Below, piece after piece: positions 1 to 10,244 of a DNA stretch of 64,000 bases. The notes under the pieces were generated by a model, which had not been told where the DNA came from, ran no database searches, and saw only the letters and a list, made by a program, of their open reading frames with translations. Source of the DNA: Octopus sinensis (lineage: Eukaryota); contig NC_043015.1 of the NCBI RefSeq assembly GCF_006345805.1, positions 34,410,001 to 34,474,000 on the forward strand, read 5' to 3'. A program made the position numbers and the translations under genes. Numbering within the stretch: position 1 is the first letter of the stretch; every line of letters begins with the position of its first letter.

Positions 1-2
1 TG

Positions 3-360
3 GGCTCGACTTTCCGAGGCTGGATCGAAGGTATGTATTGCAACATCGAATCTGCCGTCCGGATGAATGGGTTCTTTTCGAACCATTTCGCGATCGAGCG
101 TTCGGTTCGCCAGGGCTGCCTCCTGTCCCCGCTGCTATATGTATTGGCTCTTGAGCCACTGCTGCGGAGGTTGGGGACTATGGGGGCAGACCCGCGTGAT
201 CTCTATTACGATAGAAATGCGACGGCATATGCGGATGATGTTACTATCACCGTGTCTGATGAAGGGCAGCTACCTCGTGTAGAAGACGCCATCAAAGGAT
301 ACGAAGCGGTGGCAGGGGCAAAAATTAACCAGGAGAAATCAGTCGGCTTGCAACTTGGCT
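3..360 (+). mobile_element. Tx1/L1-clade LINE reverse transcriptase fragment
   Basis: Open frame from 3: GSTFRGWIEGMY...SVRQGCLLSPLLYVLALEPLL...AYADDVT...GAKINQEKS, containing the RQG-x-LSP and YADD motifs of non-LTR RT. Runs off the left edge of the window. Confidence 0.9.
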
Positions 361-361
361 G

Positions 362-510
362 GTTGGCATCTACGCGCTTGGCACGCCAAGCAAACAGGAT
401 GAGTTCTATCGACGCCTGGAGAACTTTGTTGTGACATCAAGGACACTAGTTTTGCGAGGTGATTATAACGCTATTCTGGATGCACGCCTGGATGGTGTAG
501 GCCGGAATGT
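362..510 (+). mobile_element. L1/Tx1-type AP-endonuclease fragment fused directly after the RT fragment
   Basis: Frame from 362 reads VGIYALGTPSKQDEFYRRLENFVVTSRTLVLRGDYNAILDARLDGVGRN, matching the APE motifs IYAP...F..L and GD(F/Y)NA.LD...D. Confidence 0.75.
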
Positions 511-2132
511 TAGGAATCGTAACCATGCCTTTCCCGCTTGTTTTTCATGCTCCCTGCGCCCTTGTAGACACAACTCGTCTCGGTAAGATCCTAGGTCGGT
601 CACGTATACATAGAGAAAGTTGTTCGTCCTCTACAACGCTCCACATGCCTCACTTTAACTCCTGCACATTTCAAGGCATTTAATACCCCAAACACTAGCA
701 TACAGCCTCAGCCTTGCACCTAGTTACGCACACGTACACCACGATATTATTATGCCTCACTACTTTGTTTCCAACATGTCTGAACCCGCTCAGCTCTTTT
801 CCCGGCTCGACGAACGCCGGAAGATCACTTGCTCTGCGCCGCTCATGTTTAGACATAATTTCCAACTTTTAGACCCTCTATTTGGTCACGTAATAATTCC
901 GCATCATTCCAACATACTGCACTGTCGTTCTTGCTAACACCCACGACAACAGCACCAGACACATTTTGTTTCTTAAAAAAACCTTCAAGCACTTCACACA
1001 CTGAACGAAGTTCAACGACATCATGGATTGAGAATACACTCGCTCGCTTGAGCCTTATTCTACAATGAATCTTCATAAGTGCACCTGCACCCGTGTATAC
1101 GCCCTCACGCGTACACACGTACTAACTCATTTCCCGTACTACCCAATCACTGCCCATTTTGGCACGCAAAGCAACACCGCGATTCGGACCTATCCGAATA
1201 GAAAATTGTCCCGCATACACGTCAATGATCTTCTCTCCTGATATACAAAATTTTTCCTCAACCATGCATTTCTTTCTCTTTTTTATCTTAGAAGCTCTCT
1301 GGGTGGGGGAGTAGCATAGTGACTTCATTTAGGCATAGAGAAGATTCGAACCTAAATCTGCCAAATTCCCTTAGCATCTCAACAGCACTTTTCTCGCGGA
1401 GAACACTATAGTGACAACAGTTACATTTACCTGGCGGCTTCGCTGAGCCGATTTATGTCTTTGCCACTTGACCCTTCTAACCTCTCGTCTGCGGTAGAGA
1501 AGTGAATTGAGATAACATGGACTCTGCAAAATATCCATTGCTTTGGTTGTTTCTTGTATTCTTATTATGAATTCTAGCAGCCTTCAGGGAGAAGTTAGTG
1601 AGAGTAACTGGCAAAGAGGAGAGTGGCCGGCTCAAACGAAATGTTGTCTCAACTGAAGTAACTTCACAAAGTGACGACTATGGAATTATCCAGCGTAGAA
1701 GTTGTCTCGTTCCATACTCTCTCGTTTTCATTAACTCGAGTTCTTTTCTCTGCAACATTACCATTTCTCTCTCTCTACAAACTTCTGAGATCGTGTACAG
1801 ACAAATACAGGCCGAAATTAACTTTCTTAACCTCGCATGTTTTTCCACTTATATTATTATTATACACACCTGCCCGTCGAAGCATGGCATTATATTAAGT
1901 AACAGTAAATAAAAAATTGGAGTCAACCTCAACTTTGATCACTCTTTCGTTTTCATCAACATCATACACATACCGTTACAAATGGTAACTTCCGAACCAT
2001 TATATTTACCGGTACCTATATATATATATGTGTAGTGTTTTAATAAAGTATATGATTCGTATTATCTGATAGTTGATGAATGATTTAGATATATTTCTCC
2101 ATTTTCTTATTTTGTATATATATATATACATA

Positions 2133-2662
2133 CTAGCAGTATCGCCAGGCGTTGCTCGGGTTTGTAAGGGAAATAACTATATAAGCATTTTTAGAGAGTT
2201 ATAGCAAAAAAATGCATTAAAAATGGAATAAAAAATTATGGTAATTTTTTTTTTTAAATCGTTGACTCAGTGTCTTCAAGCCATGAAGTCGTTGTTCTAA
2301 AAGAACGCTGGTCTCCTTGACAACGCTTTACGACGTTGATTTCTTTACACTCCCTTCCCCACAGCTTCACGAGGGAGGGAAGAAGGGGGAGAAGCAAACA
2401 CAGGTGCAGGTGTTTGAGCGTGGGCGCCAACTCCGCCGCCATCGACACACGAAAAATTATGCATTAAAATGGAATAAAAAATGATGTTAAATTATTTTTA
2501 AAATCGTAGACTCATCGTAGATGCGCGCTAACAGCCAGACGGGCTCGATATTAATCACGACTATAAGATACCCGAATTTGGTTAAACTGCACCGCAAAAT
2601 GTGGGAGGTGTAGGAATCTAAATCGTAGGAGACAGACACTCACACAACTACAGTTTTATATA

Positions 2663-2668
<6 letters not shown>
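2133..2668 (-). mobile_element. Non-autonomous Helitron, copy 1
   Basis: Reverse complement of the 4340-4843 copy. The 3' CTAG (2133-2136) is preceded on the minus strand by a CCCG...GGG hairpin and followed by T. The 5' TC is blurred into (TA)n. Carries an internal ~57-bp duplication (2212-2269 / 2459-2514). Confidence 0.8.
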
Positions 2669-2704
<36 letters not shown>

Positions 2705-2731
2705 TTTATTTTAAGCAGCAGAAAATTCAAC

Positions 2732-2779
2732 AAAATCTGTTACTCTGAGTTTCTCATTGCCGTTCATCAGACAGTTCTT
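2732..2779 (-). ncRNA. Minimal type-I hammerhead ribozyme motif (mirror twin)
   Basis: Minus strand reads AAGAACTGT-CTGATGA-ACG GCAA TGA-GAAAC-TCAGA-GTA^ACAGATTTT. Confidence 0.65.
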
Positions 2780-2800
2780 GCTAGCAAGTTCCATTCTAGC

Positions 2801-2848
2801 AAGAACTGTCTGATGAACGGCAACGAGAAACTCAGAGTAACAGATTTT
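2801..2848 (+). ncRNA. Minimal type-I hammerhead ribozyme motif
   Basis: AAGAACTGT-CTGATGA-ACG GCAA CGA-GAAAC-TCAGA-GTA^ACAGATTTT. Core is canonical; stem I is CTGT/ACAG plus extension; stem III is palindromic; the base pair at the foot of stem II is an A-A mismatch in this copy. Confidence 0.7.
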
Positions 2849-2945
2849 GTTGAATTTTCTGCTGCTTAAAATAAAGCATATTACTCTACCACTGGTATTT
2901 GAGTACTCTTTTTTCCACCTTGTTTCACATTTATGTGTTTACTCC

Positions 2946-2979
<34 letters not shown>

Positions 2980-3039
2980 AAAAGACAGTCTTTTACGATA
3001 AAATTGTGAAACAGGTTCTATATGACACTGTTTAAAACA

Positions 3040-3122
3040 TGCCACATACAAAAGAAGTCTTGCAACTGTCTGAATTTCAAAGAAGCCATATTGAGGGTGA
3101 ATCTGAAGGTGGACTTAGCGTA
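3040..3122 (+). mobile_element. Possible Tc1-like transposase N-terminal fragment
   Basis: MPHTKEVLQLSEFQRSHIEGESEGGLS resembles the start of the Tc1 paired-like HTH (MP..KELSEF.RG.I.G..E.GLS). Confidence 0.45.
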
Positions 3123-3210
3123 CACTCACACAAAACCTTGGGATCCCGCTTTGTAAAGGAGTCCACATCATCATGCCCAGGTTGATCAAGGTCCACTGAC
3201 AGGACCCTTT

Positions 3211-3430
3211 ACTTTGCTAAAAGAAGTGCTGGCACAAGGCCCAAAATATTTGGGGAGGGAACCAGTCTATCTAATCGACCCCAATATGCAACTGGTACTT
3301 AATTTATCGACCACGAATGGATGAAAGGCAAAGTCGACGTCGACGTAATTTGAACTCTGAACATAAAGACAGGCAAAATGCCACTAAGCGTTTTGCCTGG
3401 CGTGCTAACGACTCTGCCAGCTCGCCGCCT
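3211..3430 (-). mobile_element. tRNA-derived SINE, family A
   Basis: Minus strand starts AGGCGGCGAGCTGGCAGAGTCGTTAGC, has a GAGTTCAAATT B box and a GGGCCTTGTGCC tail. Homologous copies at 21465, 26888 and 63813. Confidence 0.85.
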
Positions 3431-3542
3431 TAGAACAAGAACAACATTAAACGAATGAAGAATATATATATACAGCACATGTGTTTATTTGGAAAAGGGG
3501 GGAAAATGACCGTCTTGAAATATACACTCTATAATTGCCCAT

Positions 3543-3672
3543 GGGCATATAGCGTAATGGTTAAGAGCGCAGGCTACCAATCCCAAGATTGCGAGTTCAA
3601 TTCCAAGCAGTGCCTTGAATAACATCAGTGTAAAAATACCCAGGGTAGGGTTCAAAATTCCACCGGGGTACC
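3543..3672 (+). mobile_element. tRNA-headed SINE inserted into the end of a fold-back-family relic (3485-3730)
   Basis: A box TAGCGTAATGG (3550) and B box GAGTTCAATTCC (3593), no acceptor stem. The flanks join to match 9170-9250. Confidence 0.65.
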
Positions 3673-3736
3673 TTGTTTCAACACAAGATTTCACATCAGG
3701 AATCTTACAAAACAAATACACCAACAGAGTCAATTG

Positions 3737-3910
3737 TTTCAGTCATTTGACTGCGACCATGCTGGAGCACCAGCTTTAGTTGAAGAAATCGACCCCAGGA
3801 CTTTGTAAGCCTGGTCCTTATTCTGTTGGTCTCTTTTGCTGAACCGCTAAACACACCAACATTGGTTGCCAAGTGATGGTGGGGGGGGGGATAAACACAA
3901 AAACACAAAT
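3737..3910 (-). mobile_element. SINE family B, 3' half
   Basis: GTTTCAGTCATTTGACTGCGACCATGCTGGAGCACC...ATCGACCCCAGGACTT, shared with the copies at 3960, 42091 and 61984. Confidence 0.8.
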
Positions 3911-3959
3911 ACATGTGTGTGTGTGTATATATATGTATATATATATATATATATATATT

Positions 3960-4318
3960 CTTTTACTTGTTTCAGTCATTTGACTGTTGCCATGCTGGAG
4001 CACCGCCTTTAGTCGAGCAAATCGACCCCAGAACTTATTCTTTGTAAGCCTGGTATTTATTCTATCGGTCTCATTTGCCGAACCGCTAAGTTATAGGGAT
4101 GCAAACACACCAGCATCGGTTGTCAAGCGATGTTCGAGGGACAAACACACACACATAGATATATATATATATACATATAAACGACGGGCTTCTTTCAGTT
4201 TCCGTCTACCAAATCCAGTCACAAGGCTTTGGTCGGCCCGAGGCTGTAGTAGAAGACACTTGCCCAAGATGCCACGCAGTGGGAATGAACCCAGAACTAT
4301 GTGGTTCGTAAGCAAGCA
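3960..4318 (-). mobile_element. tRNA-derived SINE family B, near full length, first ~30 nt missing
   Basis: Colinear with 42091-42487 and 61984-62407; internal (TA)/(CA) microsatellite. Confidence 0.9.
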
Positions 4319-4339
4319 ACCCCCCCCCCAACAGATATA

Positions 4340-4842
4340 TCTATATATATAAAACTCTAGTTGTGTGAGTGTCTGTCCCCTTCGATTTAGATTCCTAACT
4401 CCTCCCACATTTTGCGGTGCAGTTTAACCAAATTCGGGTATCTTATAGTCGTGATTCATATCGAGCCCGTCTGGCTATTAGCGCGCGTCTACGATGAGTC
4501 TACGATTTTAAAAATAAGTTAACATCATTTTTTATTCCATTTTAATGCATAATTTTTCGTGTGTCGATGGCGGCGGAGTTGGCGTCCACGCTCACAGCTG
4601 CACCTGTTTGCTTCTCCCCCTTCCCTCCCTCGTGAAGCTGTGGGGAAGGGAGTGTAAAGAAGTCAACGTCGTAATGCGTTGTCAAGGAAACCAGCGTTCT
4701 TTTAGAACAACGACTTCATGGCTTGAAGACACCAAAACAGAAATGGCTAAGAAAGCCCGAATTTATAAGGGAAGTAACTCTCTAAAAATGCTTATATAGT
4801 TATTTCCCTTACAAACCCGAGCAACGCCGGGCGATACTGCTA

Positions 4843-4843
<1 letters not shown>
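4340..4843 (+). mobile_element. Non-autonomous Helitron, copy 2
   Basis: Starts A|TC (4340) and ends CTAG|T (4840-4843), with subterminal hairpin CCCG-agcaacgc-CGGG (4816-4831) and no TSD: canonical Helitron ends. Confidence 0.88.
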
Positions 4844-4876
<33 letters not shown>

Positions 4877-5269
4877 ACTATTTATATATATAGGTATACA
4901 TGCATGTGTGTGTGTTTGTATACAGACACACACATGATTTGTCTGAAGAATCAGCTGATTACCATGGAAACTGCAGAATAACACGCAGGCCAAAAATAAA
5001 CTACTGCACTCAATGTTTCTATTGAGTACTTCTTTTCTGGCTCGTTCTTTAACAAAGGCATATTTAAAAACGTACATCCCAACTTGCAAAGATATATACA
5101 TCCACAGATGGTTAGACACACAGACAGACAGACAGATAGATAGATAGATAGAGGCGTGGTAGTCTTGAATTCAGGAAATTTAATATATATATTTATTCGT
5201 CAAAGAATCCATATGTATATATATATATCTATATATGTGTGTGTATACATGTTTATAAACGTGTATGTG

Positions 5270-5410
5270 TGTATGTATGTATGTATGTATGTACGTATGT
5301 ATGCATGTATGTGTGTGTATGTATGTATGTATGTATGTATGTATGTATGTATGTATGTGTGTATGTTTGCGTGTATGCGTGTATGTATACATGTGTGTAT
5401 GCGTGTATGT
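5270..5410. repeat. (TATG)n microsatellite, representative of many (TA)n, (CA)n, (GAT)n, (GATA)n and (GGAT)n tracts
   Basis: Directly visible; the source of the MYVC/HTYI-type ORFs in the track. Confidence 0.95.
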
Positions 5411-7869
5411 ATGAACACCACATGGTTTCTATCTGTTTTGCCCTACTCTATTATTTCCTCCACTAACAACTGCTATGCTTAATGGATTTATACGGAATCC
5501 TTTGCCGTTGCCGCCTCTATTGTTGTTGTCATCTCAGTGGAAACCAGCAACCAGCATCCAGCCATCCCCCTCAGCTGCTTCATCTTCTTGTAGTTGTCGT
5601 CAGCCTTCCCATGTAGTACTACTGATAAACGAAAATATAGAAAAAATTAGCGGATGTGACACCTTCATGGACTGCTGGTATGGACGACAGCATGTATCTG
5701 TTTGCTTGTGGATGCTGCTACCGCCGGTGGAGGTAGTGGTGGTGGTGGCATTGGTGGTTGTAGTGATGGACAGTGGCAGTGGTAGTGGACAGCGGTGGTG
5801 GACGTGGTCATCCTTCCACTGTCTCACTTCAAAGCATCACAACATGCTTCTCTGATATCATTACTCTTTGATATGGAATAAAACTTTCTCTACCTATTTG
5901 CTGACACTGGAAAGCAGGGAATATTATCTGAACCTCGCCTACCGATCGATTTGTCTGTCTATCGCTCTGTCTATCATCACTAAACTATGTTTCTCTATCT
6001 GTCTGCCTTCTGTTCTATTACTCTCTTTCTATCACTACACACATCTCTCTCTTTATCTGTCCCTCTCTCCTAAACTTCTTTTCTCTCTCTCTCTCTCCGC
6101 CCTTCCCCCCTCCCTCCCTCCTCTCGTTCCTCTCTTTCTGTCCATCCTTCTTGACAGACAGACAGACATGTAGATGGAAGAGAGGAGGAAGCTCCGTAAG
6201 AAATATCCCTTGTTATGTTGTTGAAATTGTTGTGGAAGCAGCACGGAGTTGAAGATATTCGCCAAACTTCTACCAACCTCATGAGTAGGATAATACAGGT
6301 AAGTTGACATATTTACCTGTCCTAACATACAATTTGCTATTAGACACATGTCTGCCAACACGTGTGTCTACCGTGTGTATAAACACAGAAAGGCAAATTA
6401 TCTGTTATACATTTTTATGTTCAGACGTAGATATTCAGAGCAAAGTATGCTTGCGTATATTTTGCGTATATTTGCACGTGTTTGTATGTATATGTAGGTT
6501 TTTACCAGACATAAATAGTTGAATAGACGCAAATGGATGTAATATTACGAAATACACATCTCTGTATATACATAGGATATCTACGTGTGTGTGTGTATGG
6601 TGCGCACACACGTTGTTGTATACAAAGAAGCTGTCTGTCAATATATACACACCCTCGTATACATGCACCAACACACTGGTAAACAAACAAGACACTTGTT
6701 TACTCTCTTGTTTTATATACATCGTTTATATATTCCCAGCCACATTCTTATGCGTGCATTGTCTTGTCATAAAAGCTAGTATCATTTAGCTAACACATTT
6801 ACTCTTACGTGGGGTCATATCTATTTCTTTACTACCCACAAGGGGCTAAACACAGACGGGGGAACTACGACGGGCGAATATCAGTGTTTCTACGCACGCA
6901 TAGCGAAGTCTAATTCCAACCAGACACGATGAACACCCTCACCACTTTCACCTCTGTCGTCACCATTATCATCATCATCATCATCGTCATCATTAACAAC
7001 GTCGTTAGTATAACAACAGTCTGCTCTCACCTCCGCGGTCTGTGGGTAACAGGTGCACTCTTCCAGTAACAACAGAAATATCACCAAAATAACTTAGATA
7101 TCAACAGGTAGAATTATCTGACAGTACAACCACCACCGCTATATAGAGTAGCAGCACTACAATATTTTGATAAAGGAGGAGGAGGGCTCTGCCTCCCTGA
7201 GACAGATGGGTGGAGGTGGGTAAATCGCAGCCTCTGCCCAAATTGTTTGCAACTGAGTGGACTCTGATAAAGAAACCCTAGGTTTAGGTGGTAAGGTTTA
7301 ACTGGACAATTTATCTATGTATATACGAGCACGCAAGAGAAAGAGAGAGTGTGTGTGTTTGTGTGTGCTTTCTGGCAACCCATAGGCTTTTAACATTGAA
7401 TGGCTACGAGGGGCCATCCTAGTGAAATAGGAATGAAAGAGGTCCCTAGATAAAAGAGAATGGTATTAGTCCCTTTCTCCAGACCAACCCGTTTGTAAAG
7501 AAGCAAAACAAAAGGAAAAACTAAAAGGAGTTAATAAAGAAAGCTTTAAAATGTTATCCAAACAGTTTAAGTATACTTCCATAAGAAAACTGTATAAAGT
7601 AAAGAAAAAGGCAACGCATATAAGAATGGAGTTGGAGAGGCAGAAAAGCGCAGGGTTAATCATGGTTAGAATATCTTTCATTAGAGGATTGTCAGCTCAG
7701 TACTGAGTGGATCATAATGATAACAACAGCAACACTCAACATCAACATTTTCTCTGTGTGTGTTTATGCATACATATGTATGTGTGTGTGTGTGTTGTAT
7801 ACTATGTATACACACATATATATATAAATGTATTATATACATAGTATATATATATATATATATGTATTT

Positions 7870-8043
7870 AACCCACTACACTCATGGAGTGCTTGGCGTT
7901 AGGAAGGGCATCCAGCCGTAGAAACATTGCCAGATCAAAATGGGCCTAGTGCAGCCTTCTGGCTTCCCAGACCCCAGTTGAACCATCCAACCCATGCTAG
8001 CATGGAAAGCGGACGCTAAACGACGATGATGATGATGATGATG
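7870..8043 (+). mobile_element. RTE-related 3' tail ending in (GAT)n
   Basis: TTGGCGTTAGGAAGGGCATCCAGC...CCCATGCTAGCATGGAAAGCGGACGCTAAACGACGATGATG. The same tail follows the RTE ORF at 17470-17590; also at 27098 (-) and 50880 (+). Confidence 0.8.
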
Positions 8044-8068
8044 CATATATATATATATATAATGTATA

Positions 8069-8112
<44 letters not shown>

Positions 8113-8178
8113 AATATGTGTGTGTGTATAATATAAATAATATATATATGTATACAAACACACATATATATGCGCATG

Positions 8179-8560
8179 TATGCGTACAGGACGTCACAAA
8201 TCGTAAACAACATGAAATACGAAAACAGGTTGAATACATAAACGACGAGAGAAACCCATGGAAAACAGGACAAGTAACACAAAGAACGACCCTTCATCAG
8301 TTGTCGCCTGTCCATCTACTCCTCACTTCGAGCATTGAACAACAGATGCTCCTGCAAACCAAAATAAAATTTGGAATTTGCCGAGGGTTAAAGTTGGTAA
8401 CTACAACAGGACAGTGGAGGATGGACAGCCGACAACTGATGAAGGGTCGTTCTTTATGCTGCTTGTCCTGTTTCCCATGTTTCTCTCATTGTTTATGTAT
8501 TCAGTTCTTTTCTTTTCGTATTTTCATGTTGTTTACAGTTTGTGACGTCTTGTACCCATA
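8179..8560. repeat. Fold-back element, ~140-bp imperfect arms (8179-8320 / 8415-8560)
   Basis: GTACAGGACGTCACAAA...GAACGACCCTTCATCAGTTGTCG is mirrored by CGACAACTGATGAAGGGTCGTTC...TTTGTGACGTCTTGTAC; flanked by TA-rich microsatellite. Confidence 0.88.
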
Positions 8561-8565
8561 TATGC

Positions 8566-8599
<34 letters not shown>

Positions 8600-8817
8600 A
8601 CGTATGTACATATACATATATATATATGCACACACACACACATATATATATATACATATATGTATATATGTATATATATATATACATATATGTATATATA
8701 TACATATATGTATATATATACATACATATATATATATACATATATGAATAGATATATATATGTATATATATATATACATATATGTTCATCATCATCATCA
8801 TACACATATATACATAT

Positions 8818-8877
<60 letters not shown>

Positions 8878-8879
<2 letters not shown>

Positions 8880-9194
8880 TGTTATATTTCGGAATGGTCA
8901 TTTTGCCAGTTTAGCCAATAAAAACACACGCACTATATATTTGGTGTTACTTTGCTTCAGTGTTATTTATATATACAAAATGGCTGACGGTTAGTAAGGA
9001 GAGACACAAATAAGTGAGAAGAAAACAAAGGACCACTGATGCGGTCACAGGAGTGTGACGAAAGAACTCTGGCCAAAATATGATTAAGATTAATGTAAAA
9101 AATAAATAACACTGAAGCAAAGTAATACCAAATATATAGTGCGTGTGATTTTATTGGCTAAACTGGCAAAATGACCATTCCGAAATATAACAAT
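8878..9194. repeat. Fold-back element, 92-bp arms (8878-8969 / 9103-9194, 2 mismatches), with an HHR-like motif in the spacer
   Basis: ATTGTTATATTTCGGAATGGTCATTTTGCCAG... is mirrored by ...CTGGCAAAATGACCATTCCGAAATATAACAAT; (TA)n on both sides. Confidence 0.9.
9030..9074 (+). ncRNA. Minimal type-I hammerhead-like motif, slightly degenerate
   Basis: GGACCA-CTGATGC-G-GTCAC aggagt GTGAC-GAAAG-AA-CTC^TGGCC. Stem II is 5 bp, stem I is 5 bp with a bulge, A9 is replaced by C. Confidence 0.6.
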
Positions 9195-9259
9195 ATCTGT
9201 TTCAACACACGACTTCACATAAAAAATCTTGCACAACAAATATTTAAACGTATATATAT

Positions 9260-9361
<102 letters not shown>

Positions 9362-9369
9362 TACATATA

Positions 9370-9410
<41 letters not shown>

Positions 9411-9457
9411 TGTATATATATATATATTATATATATATATATATCTATCTATCTATC

Positions 9458-9505
<48 letters not shown>

Positions 9506-9545
9506 GTATCAAACGAATTAAAATGAAAAACAGGACACAAAGGAT

Positions 9546-9632
9546 GTCACGGTACACATGTTTCAAGCTTTATAAAACAACTTATTCATAATCGACATAA
9601 CAGATAGTTTAAAAGCCCTCTTCAGCCACATG
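9546..9632 (-). ncRNA. Type-I hammerhead motif with canonical core and a 40-nt loop II
   Basis: Minus strand: CATGTGG-CTGAAGA-GGGCTTT-[40 nt]-AAAGCTT-GAAAC-ATGT-GTA^CCGTGAC. Stem III contains the palindrome ACATGT. Confidence 0.7.
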
Positions 9633-9788
9633 CAATTGCTACACCAAAGACTTGTATCACATTATGAAAGGTTTGAGAAAGAACATTTGGTATTATTTAT
9701 AATGGTAGGTAAACTGAGTATCACTGGGAAAGTACCATTTTCTCACTCAATATAGATATATATAAATTTATATATATATATATATATA

Positions 9789-10125
9789 GGCGCATGGCTC
9801 AGTGGTTAGAGCGTCGAGCTTACGATCGTGAGGTTGTGAGCTCGATTCCCAGACCGGGCTGCGTGTTGTGTTCTTAAGCAAGGCACTTTATTTCACGTTG
9901 CTCCAGTTCACTCAGCTGTAGAAATGAGTTGCGACGTCACAGGTGCCAAGCTGTATCGACCTTTGTCTTTCCCTTGGATAACACTGGTGGCGTGGAGAGG
10001 GGAGGCTGGTATGCATGGGCGACTGCTGGTCTTCCATAAACAACCTTGCCCGGACTTGTGTCTAGGAGGGTAACTTTCTAGGTGCAATCCCATGGTCATT
10101 CATGACCGAAGGGGGTCTTTACCCT
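9789..10125 (+). mobile_element. tRNA-derived SINE family C with CORE-like central domain
   Basis: A box TGGCTCAGTGG, B-box-like GAGCTCGATTCC, then GTGTTCTTAAGCAAGGCACTTTATTTCACGTTGCTCCAG (CORE-like). Confidence 0.85.
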
Positions 10126-10244
10126 TATATATATATATAAATTTAAATAATAAGAGTAAAAAAAATTGAATATTAATTAGATTAACATCAATTTAAACCA
10201 GTTGCCTAGCATATTAAAAAAATCTGAAGATTCAGAAAAAATAT

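Larger units (their letters stand above)
2704..2949. mobile_element. Fold-back element with 81-bp arms (2704-2784 / 2796-2876, 1 mismatch, 11-nt spacer) plus a ~70-bp unique tail, flanked by (TA)n; carries twin HHR motifs
   Basis: Arms compared base by base. A second copy at 24218-24410 has the same left breakpoint and tail. Confidence 0.9.

Noticed and set aside
3543-3610. tRNA-like sequence with A and B boxes (also 9789, 14685, 41670, 61984)
   Set aside because: No pairing acceptor stem and continues into repeat bodies; these are SINE heads, not tRNA genes.
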